Source of the DNA: the human T2T-CHM13v2.0 reference genome, Homo sapiens
Direction: 5' to 3' (one strand)
NCBI RefSeq assembly: GCF_009914755.1
Contig: NC_060926.1
DNA: 64,000 bases
Shown here: positions 27,750 to 41,203 of the stretch, piece after piece
Numbering within the stretch: position 1 is the stretch's first letter
Layout: each line of letters opens with the position of its first letter
Notes under the pieces: generated by a model
Databases searched by the model: none
Seen by the model: only the letters and a program-made list of their open reading frames with translations
Told to the model about the DNA's origin: nothing
Position numbers and translations under genes: made by a program

Positions 27750-29034
27750 ACATACATGGGGCATCACTAATGTGAACAGACCAGGGACATCAGTCACATT
27801 GGTCAAAGAGGAGAGGACAGAGCAATCTTAAATTGGTAGACAAGTAGGAGTTGGTGGACTTATTTTTGAAAGTCCCCTCATATTTCCTACGGTATAATTT
27901 TCTCGTTTTTGGCAGCCACTGACATAGATCTTTTTTAGTTTTCAATTTTCTATTTTTTTTTTTTGGTGACTTTATCCACTCTAGTAACGACATTTTTAGC
28001 ATGCTAGCAAGTTAGGACTAGGGAGTGAAAGCTGGATGGAAGACAGAATTTTCACAGTAATTTTCTGGATTAAACACACTTTTGAAAAGAGAAGGAAGAA
28101 GGAACTAGTATTTGCAAGTTATTTTTTTCATACTGGCTATTTCTTCCATTTAAACAAATGGAAAGTTTTATCTTCCCGACATTGGGAACCCCAGCAGTGT
28201 TTCCTAGATCCTGTCTGTCAATCATATCCACAGACCTTCTTCACGACATCTGCATCTTGATGTAAAATCTAAGCCCCGGGGGCTGGGAATCAGAAACAAA
28301 TAGCAGCAGACTTTGCTCAGCGATTTTTTTCTCAAATAATTTCAACTAAGGTTCAATTGCACAGCAGACAGTCACTCTGAGCTCCTGCTCCTGTTGGGTC
28401 AAAAGCACGAGAAAGTGCTAAGGGCAACACTTGGCATGTAAGTCATATGTAGGCAGGGCAAGATGACAGGGAGAGTTTTCCTCTGTATTTTTGCACTCTT
28501 GAGAGGCACAAGAAAGAATCTTTTAATAGAGTTGATGTTAGTCCAACAGTTTGGCCAGTCATTTTATGTATTTATTCCCAGAGTTTATGAAATAAGACAA
28601 TCTTTGACAGCAATCAGGCAGCTGATTTTTTAAAAAATTAAAAGGCTTATTTCTGCCCTTTAATTTTTTGGTTGATGTGGCTATTTTTGCCTATGGAAAA
28701 GCTCTGACGATATCCTTGTATTTCTACAACTGAATGAAAAGAAAGGAAATGGAATTAAATGATGTTTAAATAATGCTTATTTAATCAGCTCTAAGCATTC
28801 AACAATGTAAACTATTTTCATGATAGATTGACTTTTTTTTTGCACTTTTTATGAAGATGTTTAGTTTTCTGTGTTCAAGCCTCATTGACCCTAACAGGAA
28901 GGTAGCAACATACTTTTATTTGTAGATATTATAGACAGGTTGGCCGGGAGAAGGGAAAATAGCAATGGAAAAAGAAGGCAGGACTATATTTTGGCTAAGT
29001 TTTGACATTTATATTTTGTTGAAATTTATTACTA

Positions 29035-31125
29035 TTGACTTGATTGAGGAATAACTTACACACAACACAATGTACTCACTTTAAGTGTATAATTTGATGA
29101 ATTTTGATAAATGTATACATCTATATAACCATCACTGCAATCAAGGGGCAGAATGTTTTAATCATCATGATAGATTCCTTTGCCCATTCCAAATCAACTC
29201 TTTTCACACCTTGGGTCTTAAGCAACCATTGATCCATCTTCTGTCCTTATAGGTTAGATTTGTCTTTTCCAGAAGTTCAAACAAACATAAACCTAGAGCA
29301 TATGCTGTTTTGAGTCTGGTCGCTTTCACTCTACATAATAATTTTAAGTTTTATTCACATTCCATGTATTTGTAGTTTGGTCCTTCTTATACGCCATTGT
29401 ATAGATATAGCATAATTTGTTTATTTACCTGTTTATAGACATTTGCGTTGTATCCAGTTAGAGATAGTATGAACAAAGGTTCTATGAACATTTGTGTACA
29501 AATCTCTGCATGGGCATACAGTGTCATTTCTCTTGTGTAAATACCTAGAACCTAGAAGTGGAATGACTGGATCATTTTGTAGGTATTTGTGTATCCTTTA
29601 AAGAAATTGCCAAACTATTTTTTAAAGTGGTTGGGTCATCTTACATTCCTACCAGCAGAGATTAGAGTTTGAGTTGCTTCACATCCTTATCAATATTTGG
29701 TATAGTCAGACATTTTAATTTTAGCTATTCTTATAGGTATATAGTGAAACATAATTATGGTTAAAGTGTGCATTTTCCTGTTGAATAATGGGGATGAGCA
29801 TCTTTTCATGTCCTTAAAGACTACTGTAATTTCTTATTTTGTGAAGTGTCTATTGAAATATTTTTGTATTTTTAAATATGTTGTTTATTTTCTTATAAAG
29901 ATGTATGATTTTTCACATATTTTAGATAAAAGTATTTTGTCAGATATATACATGCTGTGAACACTTGCTCAGTCTCTGACTTGCCTTTTTTAAAAAAATG
30001 GTGTCTTTTTGAAGAGTAAACATTCAAATTTTGATCAAATTCAATAAATCATTTTGTCTTATATGCTTTGTGTTTTTTGTGCCTAGGAAATCCTTGCCTA
30101 TCTCATAATCATATTTTCTCTTATGTTTTCTTTTAGAAGTCTCATAATCTTAACTGTTACAAACAGGTCGATGATCTATTTGAATTAATTTTATGTATAG
30201 TATAAGGTCAATATCAATATCAATATCTGTATCAATATCCAGTGGTTCCCACATAATTTATGGAAAAAGATGCTACTTTTTCCATTAGCAATTTATAAAA
30301 AATTAATTTGTAGATCTATTTCTGAATTACTGATTCTGTTCCATGGATGTGTATGTCTGTTTTTACATCAGTATGACACTGTCTTGATTACCGTAACTTT
30401 ACTTGAAATTAGGAGTCCTTCGACTTTGAACTTTAAAAAAAAGAGTTTGGCTATTCTAGCTCCTTTGTGTTTCAATTATATTTTGGACTTGGCTTGTTGG
30501 TTTGTGCAAAAATGTGTGATGGGATTTTGATTGGGACTGCAGTGACAGCAATATGAACTCATCCAATCCACGAAAATCATGTGTACTTCTTCATTTATTT
30601 AGGTCTTCTTTAATTTTTTTTTTAACTAGGGGTGTGATTTTAGTAGCTTTCACATATTTGTTAAATTTATCCTTAAGTGTTTTTGTGTTTTTAAATGCTA
30701 ATATAAATTGAATTATTAATTTAATTTTAAACTCAATGATTTCACTGCTAGTTTATATAAATGAAGTTGATCTTTGTTTATTGATCTTGTTTCCTGCAAC
30801 CTTGTCAAAGTCACTTATTAATTCTAGTATCTTTTTGTAAATTTCTTAGGATATTCTTCACACACTATTATGTTGTCTGAGAATAAAGATAGTTTTATTT
30901 TTCCTTTCCAATTTTTATACCTTTATTTCATTTTACTCTTTTATTACATTGACTGGATACTCTAGGGAATAGAAGGAGTTGAATAGAAGGAGTGAGAGGA
31001 AGTATTCTTTTTAAATTCCTGATCTTAAGAGTAAAACATGTAGTCTTTTAACATTAAATATGATATTAGCTGTAGGTTTCTTTCAAATACACTTTGAGAA
31101 AATTTCCTTCTATTCTTTGCTTGAA
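29035..31125 (-). mobile_element. L1ME/L1MD-like 3' end + ORF2 fragment
   Basis: ttaagtgtataatttgatgaattttgataaatgtatac; aaatacctagaagtggaatgactggatc; aaattgccaaactattttttaaagtggttg; ttcctgatcttaagagtaaa. Confidence 0.8.
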
Positions 31126-32919
31126 AGGATACTTATTATGTTACATTTTGCATGCCTATAAATTGCAGGAATATTTTTCAATAAAATACATACATATGTA
31201 ATCTACTCCTACATAGATTTGTAGTATTTTAAACATGTTAAAAAATAAAAATGTAAAGTAAACGAGATATATTATCAATTTAAGTGATTAACAGTTCTGC
31301 ACATTCAAAAATGTGAAACAAATCTCTCTCAAAGTGAACTCTGAAAGAGATCTTCTCAGTGAGGAGGGAGTCCTGAATGACCCCATCAGATCCTGTTTTT
31401 CTAAGACTGGCTCTTTTTCTTTGAATAAGGCCATCACCACCATTACCACCACTGCTATCAACATGACCACCTTCTTCACCACACTACCCTGCTGGGTCTC
31501 AAGACATTCACTCTTTTGACACTCACAAGATAAAAATCATTCTTCCCTTTATTTTGCCTTTGCGAAAATCTGAGGTTGGCTGGAAGTCTTTATAAAGCCT
31601 CATGAAATACCAAGGTAGAGCTGTATGAAATCAACACAGGGTCATTAGTAAAGACTAGACTTCTTGCAGGACACCTTTACTTGATCCCTCCTTTCTTAAC
31701 CTCAGTGCTGCTTCTTGATGAAGATTGCCATCTTAACACTTTCCAACCCAAATCTGTCTCCAAGACATGTTAGCCTTTCCCAGACAGAAAGGGAGAGGTT
31801 TCCTCTCTGTGTTTTCTCCTTCTCAAGGCCAAGTTCAGGCTGAAGGATGAGTCTCTTTCTTAGGAAGGTGAGATTGTGATTGACCTTCCTCCGTGGTGAG
31901 ATGTCCACAACAGATTCTCATAGTGGGAGTTTGACAGTGGCAGGCTCAGAATCTTTGCTACTCTCAATAGCCATAGTTTTAAAATAATAATTCATATGCA
32001 CCACAAATAGGAGAGTTAGTTCACTTTTAATATTATGAGCAACTTTAGAATGGAATCTGTTTTCAAAATTTCTTCTCTTATACATGGAACAATTCAAATT
32101 GTTTTATTAACTTGTGGTCAGGTAGAAGACACAATCTAGATAAGAATAACAAATTATCAGGTTATTTTTTTTCCCCTCAGTCAAGAATGAAGTGAGGGAA
32201 TGGATGGATGAGTGTCCTGGGAATCTAACAAAGCAGACAGAGCAAATGCAGGCTGCTTCCTCCACTGGAGCTTTATTTTCATGGGGTTCAGGCTTGTTGA
32301 GAACCTTGAGGACTCAATTCTTTCAAATATGGTAAAAATTAAACCCATTTTATGCCATTATTATTTTTTATTATTTGCATTAGCACATGGATGTGCAATA
32401 ATGAATTTACAAATAAGCACTATCAGTTTAAATTTGGGAGAAATGAACATTTAGTACATACTAAAATATTTATGTAATTTATATAATTTATCTCAATAAG
32501 AAAAGTTTTTGGTAGTTGTAAAAACTCAAGAAAGAAACTATCAGAGAATGACTTAAATAGACTTTGATAAATCAATTTATAAATTATTCCCAGGCAGAGC
32601 TGGCTCTTATTTGGTCCGGAGTTTATTTATCTTACTTATCTTAAGTTACAGCCAACAGGACTACAGAATTGAATGACCCCTAATGTTTCTCTACATGGAG
32701 GCAATGCCTGTGGCTGTCCACAGACGGACCAGCTTCCTCTTTGCAGCAAGTACAGAATAGCTTAACAGGGTAATTATTTGTAAAGGTATGCTAGGCAAGT
32801 CTTCTCATTTCACAGCCACTTCATGTAGGGCTCTTACCTCTTTTGCTTATTGTCTATATAAAGCTTTTGCTCAAGGACTCTTGATGTATTTATGTGAACT
32901 CTCTAAATAATAATGATTC

Positions 32920-33172
32920 TAATAATAAATAACATTTATTGAGAATTTCCTATGTCCTAGGCACCTTGAATAAGTTATTCTGTTCAATTCTCACAGCAAT
33001 CTATGAAGCATATTCTTTATTATTGTTAACAACAGGAACATATACTTCTCAAACAGGAAACAGATGTAGAGAGGATAAGTAACTTGTCTCCAATGCCCAG
33101 CAAGTGGTGAACCTGGGATTGGGCCTAGCAGTTCAACACTAGAGCCTGTGCTTGTAACTGTGACACCACACC
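32920..33172 (-). mobile_element. MIR
   Basis: aacatttattgagaatttcctatgtcctaggcac..agagaggataagtaacttgtctc..ctgggattgg. Confidence 0.75.
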
Positions 33173-34107
33173 GTGTGTGCTAAACGAATGGCTCTGAGAG
33201 TCCCCAATTCATCCAAAATCAGGATGATCATTATTTCCAAATTAGCAGAGTAAATTATTGGAATTGTAGTGTTAAAATATATACTATCGTAGAACTAGAC
33301 ATGAAATAATACTTCCTGGGTAGCCTCTTCTGCGTCACAACCTGTGGCTTTCCAGGCAATGCCTTTACATGGACAACTGTCTGTGTCGTGATATTCTTTT
33401 GTTCTTTCCATGTTCAGGTGGTTTATTTCTATACAGATATTGGACTCAAGCATAACCCTCTATAAACATGGGAAAAGAAAAAAAAAGACACCTGTCTTTG
33501 ATATAAAACATTTAAAACTAGTGATTTTTGAGCTTTGGACATGGGGAGCCAAGTCTCTGTGCAAGGCTTTTTAGAGCATGACGTGGTACCTTGGGTTCAT
33601 TCTCATACCCTCCACTACTCCCTGTTTCTTATGGATGTTATCAGTAAGAAGAGTTGGGGGATCAGCCATTCCACCTGAGCAAAATTTCTAAAAACTATTT
33701 TAAATTTTTTTTTTCAGACCATAAGGTGCATAGCAAAGATAGTCAAAAGGTAGCAAATTTTTAAAAAATGCTTGCTTCCTTTAGTGGTAAAATTTGGCAT
33801 TGTTTCTGGTTAGCAATGCTAACAAAACATTTTGTGAATATCTCTCTTTTGGAGTCAGGCTTGACAAGAAATTGGATTCCTCTAAAATGGACATTATGTG
33901 TCCAACAAACCCACCTAACATTCTGCCTATCAATAGGCTCTTTTAACAATTGATGTTATGACAGAACTCAGGAGGTCAAACTAGAAGGAAATAGAGAAAT
34001 TGGTCCTGAAAAGTATTTAAAAATCTTATTTCTCTGGGGTCCAGGGTGAAGCCAATTGTCCTTTGTTTGCCCATATGCCTTCTCTCCCTCCTCTGGAGTG
34101 TTCCTTC

Positions 34108-34571
34108 TGTATTAGTCAGGGGTCTCCAGAGAAACAGAGCCACTTAGGCATAAATATATATACAGATTTATTATAAAGAATTGGCTCATGCAACTGTGGC
34201 AGCTGACCAGTTTAAAAACTGCTGGATAGGATGGCAGGCTGGAGAACCAGGAGGGCTGATGTTTTGGTTCAAGTCCAAAGGCACTCTGCTGTAGAACTGG
34301 AAAGAGCTGATGTTGCAGATGAAATCCAAAGGCAGCCTGCTGGAGGATTCTCACTCAGGACAGGACACTCTTTTTATCCTATTTAGGCCTTCAATTACTT
34401 GCATGAGGTCCACCCACATTTTCTGGCACAATTTGCTTTCCTCAAAATCCACTCATTTAAATGTTAATCTCATTCAAAAACACCCTCACAGAAATACCCT
34501 GAATATTGTTTGACTAAATATCTGGACACCCTGTGGCCCTGCCAAGCTGAAAAATATAATCAACTATCCTA
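34108..34571 (-). mobile_element. MLT2B/C-like ERVL LTR
   Basis: tgtattagtcaggggtctccagagaaacagag..aatgttaatctcattcaaaaacaccctcacaga..gccaagctga. Confidence 0.8.
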
Positions 34572-35194
34572 TCTTTTAAGGCAGAGGGATACCCTCAATT
34601 GGCTGTACCTAGAACATCAAACCAAACACACAACAGCCACAAAACCACATGTTCATGCATTTTCTCAAGAAAAAACCCTTCAGTCAACATGGCCTGCTCT
34701 CCTCTATCTGGGCTCATATGATGTTTTTCCTGTCTTCCCTGCCCTGTGCAGGATGATAAATCCGATTATGACTGATTGCTCTGCTCTGGACACTACTTGT
34801 GGTGCCCTTTAATGACACTAATCCCCTCATTTGCTTTGTTGTTCTTTAAGGCAGGCACTTACATCCAAATTCCCCTGATGAAGGCAGGGATACAGAATGA
34901 GGAGATGGGCTGCTGTTAGCACAGAGGGATTTACAGATGCCTTAGCAAATAACTTCTTAGGGCGAACGTTCTTTATCACAAGGAGATAAGCTGTAGGAAG
35001 TTTGGATATAGCTTCCTGGGATCCTTGCCCGTATCCCAACTTCCTTTTTTTGCTCCTACTTAGTAAGAATTCTAAAGTCTGCTGGAGGATTGTTATTCAA
35101 TGTAGGCACGATTGAAAGTAGAAACCATTTTTCTCCCATATTCCTGTTTCCAATTTTATACACCTACGTACGTTGTTCCAGCCTGCTTCCTAGT

Positions 35195-35276
35195 CCATCC
35201 CTTTTGTGCAGTTCCTGCCTTTCTAAAACCCTGATCTGCAGGGGTTAGAAAACCAGGAACTGCACAAAAGGGATGG
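35195..35276. repeat. 82-nt inverted repeat (perfect 23-bp outer stem)
   Basis: ccatcccttttgtgcagttcctg (35195-35217) is the exact reverse complement of caggaactgcacaaaagggatgg (35254-35276). Confidence 0.95.
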
Positions 35277-35584
35277 CATCCCATTAGATCATGTGATCCT
35301 CCAGGCTCCAGTAATAGCCCTTCCTCTGTCCTCATTAACTTACATCTCTCCTGTGCCCTTCCTTCAAAGTACTGCCCCCTATATGGGCCACTGGCAAATT
35401 GATTTAAAATTAAGTGTTAATAGCATGTAGCAGCCCTGCTTCCCTTCTTAAATAATGTTCACATATTACATCTGCCACCAACTTGGCTTCTCCTGTTTGC
35501 ATCTATATGTCTTTTTTTTTTTTTTTTTAAATGTTAGGAAGCGTATTACCTTTGGTTTTGGATAAAATCTCTACCAGTGTCCTT

Positions 35585-35830
35585 TTCATTCAATGTAATT
35601 TAACACACATCTTTTGAGTGCTGAAAGCATTTTAGCCACTACTTTACTGGGGCTATTTGAAATTTGAAGGTGAGGAAACAAAACTATGCCATCAGGAAGC
35701 TTTCAATCGAAAGGGAAGGACAGATGTATGTGTACAAATCTATACTTTGGAGAAAGGTTTAGTGCCATATTAATTTACAAATTGCTTTGAGAGCTCTGAA
35801 GAAGGAGTAATCAATTCCAGTTGGGATGAA
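35585..35830 (-). mobile_element. L2 3' end
   Basis: atttaacacacatcttttgagtgct..tgccatcaggaagctttcaatc..gggaaggacagatg. Confidence 0.6.
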
Positions 35831-36029
35831 AGCTCCAGTTTTACATGTTCAATTTACTAGTGCTTAAGGTATGAAAATATATCTGCCAAATAAAGCTATG
35901 CCTATTGCAGAAATACTACCTTTTCATACACTTCATATGCAATTGCACTGCTTGGTAGTTTAGAAAGACACAGCCTTCAGTCCTCTGTGGCTAAAAATGG
36001 TCCCCACAACTTTGTCAGTAATTCATACT

Positions 36030-37225
36030 AGGTTTTTCAGGTTATCTCTCCTGCTTAAACAACAACAACAACAAAATGCTGGGGTAGCACCCACCAATAA
36101 AAGCAAACCAATTTCTTTAAAAACATTGACAAGCTGAAAAGAGAGTGGACAGCTGCCAGACCAGTTTGAGAAGATAATCAGAATCAAGTACATAAGCAGA
36201 ATATTTGAACACCAATGTCATTTTTCTTGGGGGCATTTGTCTATGCTGCATACTTGGGATTTATTTGCAACCTTGTGGGACAAGACATACAGAAGACAAG
36301 GCCCACAATCTTCCCATGAGGGATGGGACTCCTAAAAGACACCCACCCCCAACATTGAGCTGGGATGACTAAGGCGTATACCCTCAGGATGAAGTATGGA
36401 CAAGAACTAAACCCACTACCATGATTGCCTGATAAAATGCAGGTCACCCAGTTAAGTTCAACTTTCAGCTACACAATGAAAAGTTTTTTTAGTGTATTGC
36501 TCCATGCAATATTTGTGATATTTTTGTACTTTAAAAATGATCTATTATTAATCTGAAATTCAGATTTAACTATGTAACCTTTATTTGTGTAAACTGATTG
36601 TACCCACTACCAGATCCCACACCTTGAACTGCAAAGCAGACTACCCTGCTTTGAGTAGAGCAGAAGAAAAACAGAGGAAATAAAATCACCACTAGGATTT
36701 TGTAGCCATATCCTACATTGCTGGGGTTGGTCAAATAACTTCTATCCATGAACTTGGATAATATTCCGGGGTACCCAGCTACCTGGCAGATGCAAGCACA
36801 ATATCTCACTAGGGAAGAACATAGTCAATTTGGATCCCAGGGAACCCTCACAAATAATCATTCAAGAGTAATAGTCAGCAAGCTTTCAAAGATAAGCAGG
36901 CTCACAAAGAAACAAGGCAGCATGAACAAGAACCAATAGAAACAACAGGTATAAAATAGTCGGATGCAGAATTCAAATGTTAAAATTACCATTCACAGAT
37001 TTTAAACAACTCAGCTCACTATATTTTAAAAAATTGATGTTCTTTAACATATTTTCAAGGTAACTTAGCAGATTTGGAAAAAAAAGAACCAAATCCAACT
37101 TTCATAAACAAAAAAATACAATAACTCGAAACAAAAGCTGTGAAATAGATAGCAGATTGGACTTAGCAGAAAAGATAATTTATAAAAAGCAAATCAGGTT
37201 AGAAGTTATACAAATACAGCACAAA
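36030..37225 (+). mobile_element. Ancient L1ME-type 5' region/ORF1
   Basis: cacaaagaaacaaggcagcatgaacaagaacc; aaaagaaccaaatccaacttt..aaaaatacaataact; agcagattggacttagcaga. Confidence 0.55.
36421..36603. mobile_element. MER53 palindromic hAT MITE
   Basis: gattgcctgataaaatgcagg..ccagttaagttcaactttcag..ccatgcaatatttg..atctgaaattcagatttaact; TSD ccactacc at 36413-36420 and 36604-36611. Confidence 0.8.
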
Positions 37226-37339
37226 CCCCATGTGTGTTATTTATGTATATTAACATCAATGTAACTCTCAAAATCTGGAGACACATTGGAAACAGAGTTA
37301 TCCCTTCCCCCCAAAATAACATAATTTTAATAAAACTGA

Positions 37340-37520
37340 TTCCTAGTAAAGTTACTTTAGCAATAGAGACTAAAAAATGTATGAGGCAACATTTTTAGAA
37401 AGTTAAGGGCAAAACTATTATTTTTGAGTTGTGTAATTCTGGACCTAGAAAAACCAGGAGAATCTACTGAAACCTATTATAAATAATATAAGATTGCATG
37501 AAAGTGGTTGGTTTCTACTG
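37340..37520 (+). mobile_element. L1M ORF2 (RT) fragment
   Basis: aaaactattatttttg..acctagaaaaaccaggagaatctactgaaacctatt (KLSLF..YLENP-like). Confidence 0.45.
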
Positions 37521-37540
37521 ATGTATCTTAAAAACCAAGA

Positions 37541-37878
37541 TTGTTTTGTTGTGCTTTCTTTCTGATACAGGGTCCTCACTCAGTCACCCAGGCTGGAGTG
37601 CAGTGGCACCATCGTGGCTCACTGCAGCCTCCACCTCCTACACCTACTTGATCCTCCCACCTCAGCTTCCTGAGTAGCTGGGACCACAGGCACATGCCAC
37701 CATGCCTGTGTAAAAATAAACAAACAAAAACACAGGAGTTTTTAATTTTTAAATTTTTTGTAGAGATGAGGTCTCACTATGTTGCCTAGGCATTTCTCGA
37801 ACTCCTGGGCTCAAGAGATCCTCCCACTTTGGCTTCCCAAATTGCTGGGATTACAGGTGTGAACCACTGCGCTGATCC
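37541..37878 (-). mobile_element. AluJ with a rearranged linker
   Basis: gctcactgcagcctc..ctgggaccacagg; TSD ccaagatt. Confidence 0.9.
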
Positions 37879-37960
37879 CCAAGATTTTTTAATAGATTCA
37901 AAATAAACAATTAGAAAACATTATATAATATGTATACTTACATAATTAATATATTTGTTA

Positions 37961-38320
<360 letters not shown>

Positions 38321-38714
38321 TTAGATATAAAAGTTTTCTTGCTTAAGTAGGACTAAAGCCATTTCTAGGATTGAGGAGTCAAGGAAGCTAACTAAAATCT
38401 AATATCCTGGTTTCGTTTCTTCTCGACATTATAATACCTATCATGAGTGCCCTCCTCTTCCTAGAGTGAATTACGAGTGAGCCAAGGCCCTGATTCCCTC
38501 AGCCCTTGGTGACTGGTCAGAGACTACGCTGTCCAGAGACCCCCAGGTCTTTGGCTTCTGGCTGTAAACAGCCTCAACTCTTTATGCAGTGTGCTTTATA
38601 AATATGGTGATTTTCAATGAGTCTCATGGCCTCCAAAAGATTGGGAATCATGTCTTATGAAAAATAAAAGTGAACTAGGATAATTATGTAGCTTAATTTT
38701 TAAAAGGTTAATCA

Positions 38715-39152
<438 letters not shown>

Positions 39153-39191
39153 TTAGGGTATTGGATGCCCCATCAAGCAAGTTGAATACTC

Positions 39192-39350
39192 CTTCTTCTT
39201 CTTCTTCTTTTTTTTTTTTTTTTGAGACAGAGTCTTACTCTGTCACTTAAGCTGGAGTGCAGTGGTGCAAACATATCTCACTGCAGCCTCCAACTCCTGG
39301 CCTCAAGCCATTCTTCCCCTTTGGTATCCCAAAGCACTGGGATTACAGGC
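39192..39350 (-). mobile_element. Monomeric Alu (left-arm 5' / right-arm 3' hybrid, FRAM-like)
   Basis: cccaaagcactgggattacaggc joined to the right-arm ctggagtgcagtgg segment; TSD tgaatactc. Confidence 0.8.
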
Positions 39351-40060
39351 TGAATACTCTTGAATTCAACTACCTGAAAGTAAATTTCCACGGGATCTTA
39401 CCCAAGAATGAGATCATGTCCATTTTTAATCTGAAAAGAACCATAGAGATATTTTGAAAGGTATTTTCCCAGAGCACTCAAGTGAGCATTTTACTTGAAT
39501 GAGACATTAAATCAAGTCCCTCTGCTTTGTCATAGTCTTGTTCAGGAAGGGGTTAAATGTTATATTCATTTGTTTTGCAAACAAGACCCCTGGTTTGGGT
39601 GTCTCAACCAGTAAAGCTGCTTGCTGGTGGCAGTGCAAACAGCCAAAGCTGCATGCAGGCTATGACAGGAAGAGTAATTTTATGATCTTCCCCTGCATGT
39701 GTGCATGCCCCTGCAAATGTGAGTCTCCAGCACAGCAAAAGTTCCTCTGAAATTTGATTTACTGCCACTCTGTGTGTGAGTTCCTTTATGGCATGGGAAG
39801 GTACATGCTCATGGATTTCTAATGGCAAGATTAAAAAGTTATTTACTTTTGCAGGCATGGTACGATATAATGATCAGTATCCGAGATCTGGTATTGTTTT
39901 CTGTAGATAAGTAGAGTTTCTTAAAATAATGAAAACTTAAATTCCATAAAAACACAAAATTTGATCTTTCTTCTATTTTCTAATATATCGACGGCTCTAC
40001 TCAAAACCATTTCCATATATGACATCTCTGACTTCAGCCCACACTGATTTCTTCCTACTC

Positions 40061-40260
40061 CAGGATGGGCTGACAGTGAGCTGCTTGTATACTGCATACC
40101 TCTAGGGGGTGCTGTTTACATAATATATTTTGTATATGATACTTGCATAATTATTATACATACATGCCCACTACAGATATCAGTAAGATGTTCTGTGGAA
40201 GCGGTAAAATTTTCTAATGTGCACAAAGGCAAAATATGGACTAGCGGTGGGGCGGCCTTA
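40061..40260 (+). mobile_element. MER91B-like (hAT-Tip100)
   Basis: actgcatacctctagggggtgctgtttacat..ttttctaatgtgcacaaaggc..atggactagcggtgg. Confidence 0.7.
40099..40113 (+). promoter_or_regulatory. Candidate CTCF motif inside MER91B
   Basis: CCTCTAGGGGGTGCT. Confidence 0.4.
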
Positions 40261-40720
40261 TCCTGACTGTTATAGTACTTACACTGTGGATAGCAGGATG
40301 CCATAATACATTGTTTATTTAAAATCACTACATTTGTATGTTTCCTTCACATTGTATGAGTGTGTGGGTTTCTCATATTAGAAGCTTACATTACACATCT
40401 GTGTTTCCTTGTGGCACGAATAAAAGGTGGAGGTGTAGTATGGTCTCAACGAAAGACTTAAACTGAGTCATGGGTGCACAGAATATTAACGACAGCAGAA
40501 GCATTTGCAATGCTCAAGCATCTGCTTCAGGACGTTTTGACTGACACCAACCAACATGAGGAGTTGTTAGGATAATATTTTTACTGTATTATTTTGCCTT
40601 ATACTTACAAAACAATGTATATTTAATTTTTTTGACTTTGATCCACCCTCCCCCCCCCCGCCAACCGGGAATTTAATAATAAGAACATATTTCTTACATT
40701 TGGGACAGTTTATAAGCTGA

Positions 40721-41203
40721 TATGTCAGTTAGAGATTACTTTTAGCTCTATATAGCAGAAATCCCATTACAGTAGTTTAATAAAATAGGAATTCATTTTT
40801 CTCATGTCCTCTGGTCTGGGAGGTAGGCAGTTCATGGCTGTTCAGCTGTTTAGGGAATGAGACTCCTTTTCTATTTCTGCTCTGTCATCTTGAGCACGTC
40901 GATTTTGCTCCCATGGTTGCAATATGGCAGCTGCAGCACTGAGTGTCAAACTGCAATTCATACAGTGAAATAAGAAAAAAAAAAAGAATAAAATGAGTTG
41001 ACTGTTTCTGAAAAAGTGTTCCTGAAATTCCCTCTCAAAATCTTTTGCTGAAGTTCCATTGGCCAGGACTATGTTATATGGTCAACTCTCTTCTGAGAGA
41101 TTTTTGGAAAGTGAATTTTTTTTTAAATTAGACATATTGGAATTCTTTTGGGAAGAAAGAAAGGGGAAATACTGAAGAGACTGAAGACACATTGTCTGCC
41201 ATA
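40721..41203 (-). mobile_element. MLT1J-like MaLR LTR
   Basis: ggaggtaggcagttcatggctg..catggttgcaatatggcagctgcagc..cattggccaggact..tgtctgccata. Confidence 0.7.

Noticed and set aside
31828-31867. 40-nt plus-strand exon candidate; also a lone acceptor at 44653 and a lone donor at 28437
   Set aside because: AAG acceptor or missing partner site; pseudo-splice sites are common in 64 kb.
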